Positions 26,326-36,404 of a stretch of 64,000 nt of DNA are shown in pieces. The DNA lies in NCBI GenBank assembly GCA_014729135.1, contig WJKK01000001.1:389462-453461 (forward strand), written 5' to 3'. The DNA is from a candidate division WWE3 bacterium (lineage in GTDB: Bacteria > Patescibacteriota > WWE3 > UBA101185 > UBA10185). The stretch's first letter is position 1. Each line of letters opens with the position of its first letter. A model generated the notes under the pieces. It was not told where the DNA came from. It did not search any database and saw nothing but the letters and a program-made list of their open reading frames with translations. The position numbers were made by a program, and so were the translations under genes.

Positions 26326-28008
26326 ATGGACATTAAATCGCGTCTTAATATTTATGGAAAAGCTGCTGATTTAGAAACTGCCCAAAAGCTTTTACTAAAC
26401 AAGCGAGGCTTCTCCAATTTGGATGAGGCTAAAGACTTTTTAAACCCCAAACATGCTCTTGAGTACCTCAGAAACTTTCCATCCGATTTTAAAAACAACT
26501 TAAAAAAGTCGGCCAAACTTATCCGGGAGGCTATAGCAAAAGATCAGCCAATAATAATTCATGGAGATTATGATGCAGATGGAGTTTGCGCTACTTCCAT
26601 TATTTACAACGCCCTAACCAAAGACTTAAACTATCAAAATGTAATTTACTTTATTCCTAACAGATTTGATCACGGCTATGGCCTATCCAAAGGTTCTATA
26701 GATGATTCCATAAGTAAAGCTCTAGCCGAATTAGATAGCGCCTCACAAAAAGCTACTCAAAAACCGGTTCTATTTATAACCGTAGACAGCGGAATCACCT
26801 CCCATGAAGAAGTTGATTACATCAAAAGCCTAGGTCATCAAATTTTAATAACGGATCATCACCAAAAACCCGATACCCTTCCAAAAGCCGATCAAATTTT
26901 ATGGACTGAAAAAATTGTAGGCGCTTCTATAGCTTGGGTTTTGGCCTATGCACTTGGAGCCAAAAACCCTGACTATCTTGCTCTGGCTGCTTTGGCCACA
27001 GTTACCGATGTTTACGATATTAAAGGAATAAACCGCTCTATAGTAAAGCGAGGACTTTCTCAAATTAATACCGCTCCTCCTTTGGGAATTGCCCAGTTAA
27101 TAGAAACTTCCGGTTTAAGCGGTAAGAATATAACGACATATCATTTGGGATGGGTTTTGGGTCCTAGAATAAACGCAACCGGCCGCCTTTCCGAAGCTTC
27201 CAAAGCAGTGCGCCTTTTAACAACTACTGACTCAAAAGTTGCTCTTGCCACAGCTAAACATCTTGATCAAATTAATCGAGATCGGCAAGAAGAGACTTCA
27301 CGCATGTACGATTTGGTAGCCGGAATAAAAACTTCGCAAACCTATTCAGATCAAAATTTCATCCTAGCAGCTCATGAGGACTTTCACGAAGGAATCATTG
27401 GCTTGGTAGCTTCCCGCCTGGTTCGCACTTATTATCGCCCTTCAATTGTCATCAGTAAAAATGAAAAGCACGGTAAGGGGTCGGTTCGCTCTATTGAAGG
27501 CGTTAACATTATTAAGCTTTTGCGTGAGTTTGAAGATTTGTTTGTTGATTTAGGCGGGCATCCTATGGCAGCAGGCTTTACTATTGATTTGCAAAAGATA
27601 GCAGATCTAGAGCAGTCTTTAACTGAGGCTTTTGCGGATCGCTACTCCAAAGAAGTTTTTGTGCCTTCAATTTCTGTTGATGCTGAAATTCTCTTGGATT
27701 TAGTTAATTGGGATTTGTTTAATTTTATAGAGCAGTTGAAGCCTTTTGGGCAAGGGAATCGCTCTCCAAAGTTTTTAACCCGGGATTTAGGTGTGGCAAA
27801 TATTAATTTTGTAGGGCGAGATAAAAATCACACTTCTTTAAAGCTTTTTGATGGTACCCGCTCTCAAAAGGCAATTTATTTTAATTCTAAGGATAAGTTT
27901 TCTAATGTTTCTTTAGGGGATAAACTGGATGTGGTTTATTCTATTAAGGAGAATAATTATCGTGGTAATAGAAGTTTAGATTTGTTTGTCGACGAGATTT
28001 TCTCTTAA
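26326..28008 (+). CDS. recJ: ssDNA-specific exonuclease RecJ
   Basis: GDYDADG, PNRF..GYG, TDHH, PRINA.GR, GGHPMAAG. Confidence 0.96.
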   Translation: MDIKSRLNIYGKAADLETAQKLLLNKRGFSNLDEAKDFLNPKHALEYLRNFPSDFKNNLKKSAKLIREAIAKDQPIIIHGDYDADGVCATSIIYNALTKDLNYQNVIYFIPNRFDHGYGLSKGSIDDSISKALAELDSASQKATQKPVLFITVDSGITSHEEVDYIKSLGHQILITDHHQKPDTLPKADQILWTEKIVGASIAWVLAYALGAKNPDYLALAALATVTDVYDIKGINRSIVKRGLSQINTAPPLGIAQLIETSGLSGKNITTYHLGWVLGPRINATGRLSEASKAVRLLTTTDSKVALATAKHLDQINRDRQEETSRMYDLVAGIKTSQTYSDQNFILAAHEDFHEGIIGLVASRLVRTYYRPSIVISKNEKHGKGSVRSIEGVNIIKLLREFEDLFVDLGGHPMAAGFTIDLQKIADLEQSLTEAFADRYSKEVFVPSISVDAEILLDLVNWDLFNFIEQLKPFGQGNRSPKFLTRDLGVANINFVGRDKNHTSLKLFDGTRSQKAIYFNSKDKFSNVSLGDKLDVVYSIKENNYRGNRSLDLFVDEIFS

Positions 28009-28793
28009 TTCAAATTTTCACCTGCTACTTTCTCATGGTATCTCATCAATCTATCAATTCTCCCCTCCACGTCGAAGTCTAAGCCTATCTCTTCGGGAAC
28101 GAAACCGACATCTATTATCCAAGCCTGTAAGCCTTCTTCTTCAGAGTAGCCTATACGAACGCTGTGGTCTCCAATAGTGTATCCCGCCATTTTTGTTGTC
28201 TCATCTGCTATTGAATATACGCGTCGCAGTTCGTCCTCCAACATTTTCCTTTCGGCCTCTGTGAGGGGCTGTTCCAATAGATCTGTTAATTCCATTGCGC
28301 CCACTTTCTCCATTACAGGTACAAAATAGCGCGTAGGAGTGCCAAAAGCGTTCTCCACAGGTGACTCCTGTAGAGCCACACCGTAATATTTAGGGCCCAC
28401 TCCTTTTTCTCCCAAGCGGTGTAAAATATCTGATTGATGAAGATGATAAACGTTTGTATCCGCGCCTTTTTCTATGCGCATTGCATGTAATGCTTTTGCT
28501 ATTAGTGGAGGTGTTTCCACGCCTTCGGGTAATCCTTCTACTCCTAAGACCTCTACCCCTGTATTTGTTGCACCTTGCCCAATAACTTTTCCCAAAGCCG
28601 TTATGTTTAACAATCTGTTTACAGGGGTTTTATAGAGCCCTTCCCCAGAAGTGTCATGTAGTTCTTGTTCTATAAATGTCTCCCCTATGGAGAAGTCTTT
28701 TGCTTCTCCTTCTACTCCCTCTAGTTCTAGGTTGATTTCAAAAGCATCCGGGGCGCTGTATTTTCTTAAACTTTCTTGGTAAGAGGTAGGCAT
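28005..28793 (-). CDS. hypothetical protein, protein-kinase-like fold
   Basis: IGQGAT Gly loop, IAK, GPKYYG, VMEKV, IGD and IIDVG in kinase order; start at 28793 has a GGGGAG SD. Confidence 0.5.
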   Translation of the reverse strand: MPTSYQESLRKYSAPDAFEINLELEGVEGEAKDFSIGETFIEQELHDTSGEGLYKTPVNRLLNITALGKVIGQGATNTGVEVLGVEGLPEGVETPPLIAKALHAMRIEKGADTNVYHLHQSDILHRLGEKGVGPKYYGVALQESPVENAFGTPTRYFVPVMEKVGAMELTDLLEQPLTEAERKMLEDELRRVYSIADETTKMAGYTIGDHSVRIGYSEEEGLQAWIIDVGFVPEEIGLDFDVEGRIDRLMRYHEKVAGENLN

Positions 28794-28836
28794 TTCTCCC
28801 CGTTCCGTTTTTAACATATTTCTATTATAGTTTTTG

Positions 28837-28865
28837 TTGACACACCTTGCAAAATCCCCTATCAT
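28837..28865 (+). promoter_or_regulatory. sigma70 promoter driving the aspS leader
   Basis: TTGACA-17 nt-TATCAT. Confidence 0.8.
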
Positions 28866-28872
28866 TCCAGCA

Positions 28873-29163
28873 CAAGCAACGACGGAGATTGTGACCCTCC
28901 CGAGCTTTTGGAAGAAACTGGAAAGTTTTGTTTTGAAATCCGCCGGAGAAAACTCCAGAAAACTCCCCGGAAAAAGGAGAAAAATAGCAAAACGTCACCA
29001 CAAGTAAATCCAAACGGGTAAGCCCGTAACAGCTATAAATCAAGTAAAAGCATAGGTGGCACCGTCCACAAACTAAAAGCCTCTTTAAAAAGCCAAAAAA
29101 GCTAAACAAAAGACAAGCTTTTAGCCAAAGGACCCTACGCAGCAGGCGGGGTCTATTTTATTT
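28873..29163 (+). promoter_or_regulatory. T-box riboswitch (ultrashort Stem I, Asp specifier, transcriptional) upstream of aspS
   Basis: K-turn GC-AAC-GA...CGAGC; apical GAC codon; Stem II S-turn GAA/AGTA; ACGGG-TAAG-CCCGT Stem IIA; TAGG-TGGCACC-GTCC/GGAC-CCTA antiterminator; overlapping terminator + U tract. Confidence 0.88.
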
Positions 29164-29246
29164 CCCCAAACAAAATTAAATCGTTATAATCAAATGGAAC
29201 CTCTTACTTATACATCTACAGAGGCTCCCTAAAAAAGGAAGGCAAC

Positions 29247-30533
29247 ATGGAAAGAACACACATATCAAAATTAAAAGAAGCAGTAGGCAAAGAAGTCTTA
29301 ATTAAAGGATTTGTAGAAGCAATTCGCGACCAGGGAAAGATTAAGTTTTTAGTTATTCGGGATGTTACCGGGCAAGTGCAGGTTGTGGTAAAGGATTCTC
29401 CTGCTTTGGAAAAGGTAGAGGACTTAACTTTGGAGTCGGTCATTTCGTTAACCGGTTTGGCAAAAGAAGAGGCACAGGCTCCTGGAGGTTTTGAGATTAA
29501 GGCTACAGACTTTGAGGTTTTGTCTAAAGCAGATCCTGAGTTGGCTATTCCTGTGGTTTACGAAAAGAGTGGGGGAGAAGTAGATGTTTCTAAGCGCTTT
29601 GACTACCGCTGGCTAGACATGCGCCGCCCTGAAAAGCAGGAAATTCTTAAAGTTTGGACCCATTTGGAAAAAGGTTTTAGAGAATTCATGCTAAGTCAGG
29701 ATTTTATCCAAGCTTACAGCCCCTCCTTCATGACGGCTCCGAGTGAATCCGGTTCTGAAGTTTTTGAAGTTTCCTATTTTGAAAGAAAGGCTTATTTAGC
29801 CCAGTCACCTCAATTTTATAAGCAAATGGCTATGGCAGCAGGCCTTGAGAAAATCTTTATGATTGGTCCTGTTTATAGGGCAGAACCTTCTTTTACCACG
29901 CGCCATGTAACAGAATTCACAGGATGGGACTTGGAGTTTTCCTATATTAAAGATCATTACGATGTTATGTCAATGGAAGAGGACATGTTAATTGCAGCTT
30001 TCACGGAGGCCAAAGAAGCTCTGGATCTGGATATAGAAATTCCCACTAAGCCCTTTCCCAAAATAACTATGGTAGAAGCTAAGGAAAAGTTAAAAGCGGC
30101 AGGAGTTCATAGTGCTAAGGAGCATGATGTTAGTCCGGAGGAAGAGCGAGAAATTAGTCGCATAATTAAGGAAGAAACGGGGCATGATTTTGTGTTTTTA
30201 ACAGATTGGCATGTTTCAGAGCGTCCTTTTTATCATATGCGGCATGAAGATAATCCTCAGCTTACAAAAAGTTTTGACTTGATTTACAAAGGCGTTGAAA
30301 TTACAACAGGTGCTCAAAGGGAGCATCGCCTAGAGGTGCTTAAAGAACAAGCTCTGGAAAAGGGTATGTCACTTGACTCTATAGCGGAGTATTTGAAGTT
30401 TTTTCAGTATGGATGTCCTCCACATGGAGGTGCAGGAATAGGTCCGGCAAGAATTGTGATGAAGCTTATGGATCTTCCAAGTATAAAAGAGGCTACATTT
30501 TTGCCTAGAGATGTTAAGCGATTGACGCCCTAG
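29247..30533 (+). CDS. aspS: aspartate--tRNA ligase, archaeal/non-discriminating type
   Basis: 428 aa with no GAD insert; OB fold; YLAQSPQFYKQ, YRAEPS.T.RH, GAQREH, YGCPPHGG.GIG. Confidence 0.92.
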   Translation: MERTHISKLKEAVGKEVLIKGFVEAIRDQGKIKFLVIRDVTGQVQVVVKDSPALEKVEDLTLESVISLTGLAKEEAQAPGGFEIKATDFEVLSKADPELAIPVVYEKSGGEVDVSKRFDYRWLDMRRPEKQEILKVWTHLEKGFREFMLSQDFIQAYSPSFMTAPSESGSEVFEVSYFERKAYLAQSPQFYKQMAMAAGLEKIFMIGPVYRAEPSFTTRHVTEFTGWDLEFSYIKDHYDVMSMEEDMLIAAFTEAKEALDLDIEIPTKPFPKITMVEAKEKLKAAGVHSAKEHDVSPEEEREISRIIKEETGHDFVFLTDWHVSERPFYHMRHEDNPQLTKSFDLIYKGVEITTGAQREHRLEVLKEQALEKGMSLDSIAEYLKFFQYGCPPHGGAGIGPARIVMKLMDLPSIKEATFLPRDVKRLTP

Positions 30534-30566
30534 ACTAAAGCAGAATTGTTATCTGATCAACAAAAA

Positions 30567-31037
30567 ATGACAGTAAAAGAAAAAATCCTAAAAATGCTGC
30601 AAGAAGCAGACATAAAATATCGCTCTATTGAACATGAGCCTGTTTACACCAGCAAGGAAGCCGCTGAAATAAGAGATACTCGAGATGATATGGGTGCTAA
30701 GGCTTTAATTTGCAGTGCTGATAAAAAGCCTGTTTTGATAGTAGTTCCCGGCAATAAAAAGGTTGATTTTAAGGCTTTTAAGCATCGGTTTAATGTTTCG
30801 GATTTGTATTTGCTATCACCCGAAAAGGTCACAGAGTTAACCGGATTAGAAATAGGTTCAATTCCTCCCGTAGGTAAGGCCATGGACTTGCCTTCTTATT
30901 ACGATATCACCTTTCGCGAAGTTGACGATGTTGCTTTTAATGCCGGTTCCCACACATTTTCCATTGTTATGCAGGCTGCTGATTTAATTAAGCTGGAAGA
31001 GCCTCGTTTTGGGAAATTTGCATGCTCGAAAAGTTAG
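30567..31037 (+). CDS. YbaK/ProX-family aminoacyl-tRNA deacylase
   Basis: HEPVYTS.EAA, GAKAL, GSIPP.G, FNAG. Confidence 0.88.
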   Translation: MTVKEKILKMLQEADIKYRSIEHEPVYTSKEAAEIRDTRDDMGAKALICSADKKPVLIVVPGNKKVDFKAFKHRFNVSDLYLLSPEKVTELTGLEIGSIPPVGKAMDLPSYYDITFREVDDVAFNAGSHTFSIVMQAADLIKLEEPRFGKFACSKS

Positions 31038-32053
31038 TAAGAAAAATCTTAGTTTTTGGAGTTGACGCTTTTCTTTTTTCTGTTGTTTTTATTGGCAAGT
31101 TAGGAAGTTTACATGGGGTTTTTCAACTTTTTCTTTTTTCATTTCTCTTTATTACTCTAGCTAGAGCGGAAAAACTTGCAAACGTTTCTCCTAATTATTT
31201 TACTCACTTGTACACGCCCTACAAAGAAATTTCATCAAAAAAGGAGCCCCTGTCAGCGGATCTCAATCTTACTCGCTTTCCTGAAGTAACAGCAAAAGCA
31301 GTTTTAGTTGCAGACCTAAATTCGCAAAAAATTTTGTATGAAAAGTCAGCTGATGTTCGGTTTGCCCCGGCGTCTACAACAAAACTAATGACTGCTCTAG
31401 TGGCGCGTGATCTTTACTTTCCTCTAAGGGATGACATTTATATTCCTTTAAAGTGTGCGCAAACGCCGGGAATGGAGTTGGGGCTTTTTGCAGAGGAGAA
31501 AATTTCTTACATAGATTTGTTAAACGCCGCTCTTATAGGATCCGCTAATGATGCCGCTTGTACTTTGGCTAATGAGCTTACTTCAGAGGAGGAGTTTGTA
31601 GCTGCTATGAATGCAAAGGCCGAGGATTTAGGCCTGGAAGATACGCACTTTACTAATCCGGTGGGATTTGATGACGCTAATTATTTGCATTATTCGTCAG
31701 CGCGGAATTTGTACCTGCTTACTTTGGAGGCGCGTAAGGATCCGGTGATTAAAAAGCTAATCCGGCAAAAAAATTACACTTTGTTAACAGGGGATATTTT
31801 GCGAAAGGCGACTTCTACAAATAAGCTTTTATGGGAGATTCCGGGGACTGTGGGTGTTAAGACGGGAACAACGGAGGAGGCGGGTCAGGTTTTAATTTAT
31901 GAGTATGATTCTGCTTTTGATTCTTCAAAGGGGGCAGTTGCCAAGAATGGGGAAAAGCGCAATATTTTGATCATTGTTATGGGAAGTGAGGATCGCTTTA
32001 AAGAAACCGAAAAGATTTTGGACTGGACCTTAAAGCGCTTCGTCTGGCTTTAG
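31022..32053 (+). CDS. D-alanyl-D-alanine carboxypeptidase (peptidase S11)
   Basis: PASTTK (SxxK), SAN (SxN) and KTG motifs; FTNPVG. Confidence 0.92.
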   Translation: MLEKLVRKILVFGVDAFLFSVVFIGKLGSLHGVFQLFLFSFLFITLARAEKLANVSPNYFTHLYTPYKEISSKKEPLSADLNLTRFPEVTAKAVLVADLNSQKILYEKSADVRFAPASTTKLMTALVARDLYFPLRDDIYIPLKCAQTPGMELGLFAEEKISYIDLLNAALIGSANDAACTLANELTSEEEFVAAMNAKAEDLGLEDTHFTNPVGFDDANYLHYSSARNLYLLTLEARKDPVIKKLIRQKNYTLLTGDILRKATSTNKLLWEIPGTVGVKTGTTEEAGQVLIYEYDSAFDSSKGAVAKNGEKRNILIIVMGSEDRFKETEKILDWTLKRFVWL

Positions 32054-32054
32054 T

Positions 32055-33212
32055 TTACTCTAGCGGTTCACTTTCCACCTGCTTCACATACTCCCCTGAA
32101 ACTGCCGGATAATAAAGCGAAATCGAACCCTTCTCATTATTAGGCCCAATGTAATTACCCTCAAAAACATAAACAGGTTGCAAATAAAGCTGCTCCTCCG
32201 AATCGTCATAATAAGCCAAAGAAATATCATTAACTAAAATCTCCGCAATTTCCACAGGCTTATACTCCTGAAAAGGACTTTGCGTATTTGGCTTCACATA
32301 AGAAATCACAGCATTATCCTGAATCACCTGATTCCATGCAGTTCCCACCGGAATAACCGGATACGTAGCCCGTGTTTGTGTCTGAATCTCGCGAACATTG
32401 TACTCAATATGCGGATGAATTAACACATTTCCCACAGCATCCCGATCAACCTCTTTTTTCCCCACATAAACCCGCACCAAACCCCGCCCATGATTAGGCC
32501 CTACAATAGGAAAATCCTCAATCTCCCGGAAAAATTCAACCATCCCAATTTCAGCTTCTCCCGCATAAGACGTATACTCAATAACTCCATTTTCAACACT
32601 TCCCAAATTAACCTCTTGAGACCCCCGCAAATACAAAGGATCCGAAAAGCGTCCAATATTTTGCAGCACATTCTTAGCAATTGCCTTCGCCGAAGTCCTA
32701 TCCATGCTCCCCTCCGGATACTTTCCTGTTAACGATGTCTGAGGAGTTCGCAAATTCAGCTCCTGCGTATTAGTATCAATTGTCAAATTTGCTCCCGTTA
32801 AAGGCTCCACCCACGTATAAACATCTCCCTTCAAATTAGTAGTCAAATTATCCTCCGAAAAACCCAACGTTTCTGCATTTCTGGCAGCACGCTTTCCTGC
32901 CTCATAAGAAAAAGGCGTCTTAATATACTTGTAAACTTTCATCCTTTGAGGCAAATTAGCCGGAAGCTTTCCATCACTTGTAAAAAGCGTGTATTTAGGC
33001 GACTCCGTATTCAATATTTTTTGCGGTTCAAACTGGATAGGCTCCAAAAGCCCAAATGCAGGATTTGGCGGATTCTTTGGCGGAAACATAGCTTTCCAAG
33101 CATTTTTAGCTGCAGGAGCAAGGAAAAATGCCCCCATAAAATACACAAGTATAAACACCACAATTCCCACGAAAGCAAGTTTTGTGGTTTTGGCAGCTGT
33201 AGTAAGACTCAT
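32055..33212 (-). CDS. hypothetical membrane-anchored extracytoplasmic protein
   Basis: N-terminal TM; C-terminal LAYY...YLQPVYVFEG; long ORF. Confidence 0.75.
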   Translation of the reverse strand: MSLTTAAKTTKLAFVGIVVFILVYFMGAFFLAPAAKNAWKAMFPPKNPPNPAFGLLEPIQFEPQKILNTESPKYTLFTSDGKLPANLPQRMKVYKYIKTPFSYEAGKRAARNAETLGFSEDNLTTNLKGDVYTWVEPLTGANLTIDTNTQELNLRTPQTSLTGKYPEGSMDRTSAKAIAKNVLQNIGRFSDPLYLRGSQEVNLGSVENGVIEYTSYAGEAEIGMVEFFREIEDFPIVGPNHGRGLVRVYVGKKEVDRDAVGNVLIHPHIEYNVREIQTQTRATYPVIPVGTAWNQVIQDNAVISYVKPNTQSPFQEYKPVEIAEILVNDISLAYYDDSEEQLYLQPVYVFEGNYIGPNNEKGSISLYYPAVSGEYVKQVESEPLE

Positions 33213-33253
33213 GCATTTATTATAGTACAAAAAGTATGTGTTAAAATCTCACT

Positions 33254-34714
33254 ATGTCAGTACGAGTAAGAATGGCGCCAAGTCCTACAGGTGAATATCA
33301 TATTGGGCATATTCGCACGGTTCTGTACAATTGGGCGTTTGCTAAAAAGGAAGAAGGTACTTTTGTAATTCGCATTGAAGATACTGATCGGGAGCGCTTT
33401 GTTGAGGGGGCAGCAGACAGAATTTTGGCTGTTATTTCGCTTTATGGTTTAGATTGGGATGAGGGTCCTAATAAGGGAGGTTCTTTTGGTCCGTATACTC
33501 AGTCAAAACGGCTTGATCTTTATAAGGATTATGCCGAAAACCTAGTGGAGCAGGGCGATGCTTATTATTGTTTTTGTACTAAAGAAAGGCTGAGCGATTT
33601 AAGGAAGCAGCAGCGAGAGCAGGGGATTCCTCCTAAGTACGATAAAAAATGTCTTGGGCTTTCCAAGGATGCGGTAAAAGAGCGTTTGGAAGCAGGCGAG
33701 TCTCACGTAATTCGTCTAAATGTTCCCGAAAACAGAGATATTACTTTTTCGGATGTTGTCTATGGCGATATAACAGTTAATACAAACGATATTGATGATC
33801 AGGTTTTGTTAAAGTCCGATGGATTTCCTACTTACCACTTGGCTGTAGTTATAGATGATCATTTAATGGAAATTACACACATTATGCGAGGAATGGACTG
33901 GATTCCTTCAACGCCAAAGCATGTTTTGTTGTATGAAGCTTTTGGCTGGGATCTTCCTATTTATGCGCATCTGCCTAATATTAAGGAATTGGGCGGTAGT
34001 AAAAAGCTTTCTAAACGTTTTGGTTCCGTTTATGCGATTGAATTTCTAAAAGAAGGTTATCTTTCTGAGGCTCTCCTAAACTTTCTAATGTTTTTAGGTT
34101 GGAATCCCGGTACAGAAAAGGAAATCTATACATTGGAAGAGTTTATTGAGGACTTTTCACTGGAAGATGTTCATAAAACAGATCTGGTTGCTTTTGATCG
34201 CAAAAAGCTTTTATGGATGAATGGGCAGTACATTCGCAATTTGGAAACTAAGGATTTGTGGCAAAAACTTAAGGAATGGTCTGAAAGGTTTGAAATTGAT
34301 TTAGGTGTAGGGGAGATCTCCGAGGAATATATTTTACAGGCTTTATCTTTAGTGCAAACTCGTATGAAGTTGTTGCCGGATTTTATGGAAAGGACTACTT
34401 ACTTTTTTAAGGAACCGGAAATTCCCGTGGAGTTGCTAACAAAGTATGCCAAATCCCCGGAACGTACAAAAGAAATTCTTGAAAAATTTATTGACCTTTA
34501 TGAAGGCGTGAAAGAGTGGTCTGTGGAAATTCTTGATCAAACTTCACATGAGTTAATAGAAAAACATGATTATTCTCCAAAAGAGGCGTTTATGACCGTG
34601 CGTGTGGCTATAAGTGGGCGAAAGGCGACTCCTCCGCTTTTTGACATGCTAGGCTTAATAGGAAAAGAAAAGTCTGTTAATCGCTTAAAAGAATCACTAA
34701 AACTACTTGAATAG
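33254..34714 (+). CDS. gltX: glutamate--tRNA ligase
   Basis: RMAPSPTG, HIGH, KLSKR. Confidence 0.97.
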   Translation: MSVRVRMAPSPTGEYHIGHIRTVLYNWAFAKKEEGTFVIRIEDTDRERFVEGAADRILAVISLYGLDWDEGPNKGGSFGPYTQSKRLDLYKDYAENLVEQGDAYYCFCTKERLSDLRKQQREQGIPPKYDKKCLGLSKDAVKERLEAGESHVIRLNVPENRDITFSDVVYGDITVNTNDIDDQVLLKSDGFPTYHLAVVIDDHLMEITHIMRGMDWIPSTPKHVLLYEAFGWDLPIYAHLPNIKELGGSKKLSKRFGSVYAIEFLKEGYLSEALLNFLMFLGWNPGTEKEIYTLEEFIEDFSLEDVHKTDLVAFDRKKLLWMNGQYIRNLETKDLWQKLKEWSERFEIDLGVGEISEEYILQALSLVQTRMKLLPDFMERTTYFFKEPEIPVELLTKYAKSPERTKEILEKFIDLYEGVKEWSVEILDQTSHELIEKHDYSPKEAFMTVRVAISGRKATPPLFDMLGLIGKEKSVNRLKESLKLLE

Positions 34715-34816
34715 CTTCTAGAATTCCAGTTTAGATAGAATAATGCCTGTTGTAATTTATTTCGTGATATCGTAGACTTAACTTAATTACATAAAAAAGT
34801 TTGAAAGGAAAATAAA

Positions 34817-35938
34817 ATGGCTAAAAAATCAGCAAAGAATGAACAAGATAACAGTAACGATGCAAAGCAAGTAGCTTTAAAGTCGGCTTTATCTCAAATT
34901 GAAAAAGAATTTGGTACGGGAGCAATTATGAAGTTGGGCGATCGTGCTAAGCAGCAGGTAGAGGTTATTCCCACAGGGTCTATTGCACTTGATATTGCTT
35001 TAGGTGTTGGAGGAGTTCCACGTGGGCGAATTGTAGAGGTTTACGGTCCTGAATCTTCGGGTAAGACTACGTTAATTCAACATATTATTGCAGAGGCGCA
35101 AAAAGCCGGAGGTACGGCAGCCCTAATTGACGCGGAAAATGCTTTTGATCCCATTTATGCGCAAAAAACAGGAGTAGATGTGGAGAATTTGCTTGTCTCC
35201 CAGCCCGATACAGGTGAGCAGGCTTTAGAAATAGCAGAAACTTTAATTCGCTCCAATGCTTTAGATATCATTGCTATAGACTCAGTTGCAGCTTTAGTGC
35301 CTCGTGCGGAAATTGAAGGCGACATTGGCGACTCCACTATTGCTTTGCAGGCACGTTTGATGAGCAAGGCTCTCCGTAGGATTACAAGTGCCGTAAATCG
35401 CTCCAATACAACCGTAATCTTTACTAACCAGTTAAGAATGAAGATAGGTGTTATGTTTGGTAATCCGGAAACTACTCCGGGAGGCCGTGCTTTAAGATTT
35501 TATTCGTCAGTAAGAATGGATATTCGTAGGATTCAGTCGCTAAAGGAAGATGGAGAATTTGAAGGAAATCGTGTGCGAGTTAAAGTAGTGAAAAATAAGG
35601 TGGCTCCTCCCTTTAGAACAGCAGAATTTGATATTTTGTTTAACGAAGGAATTAGCAAGGAAGGAAACATTTTAGATGTAGGTGCAGAGTTTGACATTAT
35701 AGAAAGAGCCGGTTCTTGGTATAGCTATGGCGAGGAAAAGTTAGGTCAGGGGCGTGCAAATTCCATAGATACTTTAAAGCAAAATAAAAAGCTATGCGAC
35801 GAAATAGAAAAAAAGATCAAAAAGAAGGTAAGGGAAGAAAAAGAAATTCCTTTGGCTGTGGGCTCCGATGAAGATGAATCCTCCGAAAAAGATACAGAAA
35901 CAGACGGATCAAAAGATCAGCAAAAAGACGAAAAATAA
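34817..35938 (+). CDS. recA: recombinase RecA
   Basis: [27 protein letters not shown]. Confidence 0.99.
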   Translation: MAKKSAKNEQDNSNDAKQVALKSALSQIEKEFGTGAIMKLGDRAKQQVEVIPTGSIALDIALGVGGVPRGRIVEVYGPESSGKTTLIQHIIAEAQKAGGTAALIDAENAFDPIYAQKTGVDVENLLVSQPDTGEQALEIAETLIRSNALDIIAIDSVAALVPRAEIEGDIGDSTIALQARLMSKALRRITSAVNRSNTTVIFTNQLRMKIGVMFGNPETTPGGRALRFYSSVRMDIRRIQSLKEDGEFEGNRVRVKVVKNKVAPPFRTAEFDILFNEGISKEGNILDVGAEFDIIERAGSWYSYGEEKLGQGRANSIDTLKQNKKLCDEIEKKIKKKVREEKEIPLAVGSDEDESSEKDTETDGSKDQQKDEK

Positions 35939-36395
35939 GCTAGAAGCCAAAATTTTAAGGTTTTTAAGTTACAAGTCACGCACTGTTTCTGAAACTAGGG
36001 AAGCCGGTCACAAATATCTAAGAAACTATAAATCCTTATCTAAAGCGGAAAAAGAGCAACTAATTAACGAGATTTTGGAACCTCTAAAAGAAGCAGGATA
36101 TTTGGATGATGTTGATTACGCGGCGTCTTATATAAGAGAGCAAAAGCAAAGATCACTCCCAAGGGGACCCTACTATATTTTTAGCTTTTTGCGTACAAAA
36201 GGTCTGGAAAGAGACTTAATCCAAAAATCCTTAGAAGAAAACTACTCCGATGAAGATCAAGAAAAATGTATTCGGAATTTAATCCGAAAAAAGAACGACA
36301 AACCAAAAGACAAATTAATAGCTTATTTACTTAGACGAGGCTTCAGTAAGCACTTAGTTTACCGCCTTGTTGACAGCAATCACAAAAATCATTAA
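35868..36395 (+). CDS. recX: regulatory protein RecX
   Basis: LSYKSRT, GYLDD..YA, GP, L..KG, YLLRRGF; follows recA. Confidence 0.88.
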   Translation: MKMNPPKKIQKQTDQKISKKTKNKLEAKILRFLSYKSRTVSETREAGHKYLRNYKSLSKAEKEQLINEILEPLKEAGYLDDVDYAASYIREQKQRSLPRGPYYIFSFLRTKGLERDLIQKSLEENYSDEDQEKCIRNLIRKKNDKPKDKLIAYLLRRGFSKHLVYRLVDSNHKNH

Positions 36396-36398
36396 AAT
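36370..36398 (+). promoter_or_regulatory. strong sigma70 promoter upstream of rny
   Basis: TTGACA-17 nt-TAAAAT. Confidence 0.8.
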
Positions 36399-36404
36399 TC
36401 ACCC

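Noticed and set aside
28825-29109. 94-aa minus-strand ORF
   Set aside because: Antisense shadow of the T-box leader; Phe/Cys-rich, TTG start, no coding features.
33181-33253. T-box or other leader upstream of gltX (also checked proS at 56153-56224)
   Set aside because: No room and no UGGNACC motif; both genes look leaderless.
34715-34816. SOS box upstream of recA
   Set aside because: No recognisable GAAC-N4-GTTC or CTGT-N8-ACAG; only a promoter (TTGTAA-17-TAGACT) and a weak TGTAATT/AATTACA repeat.
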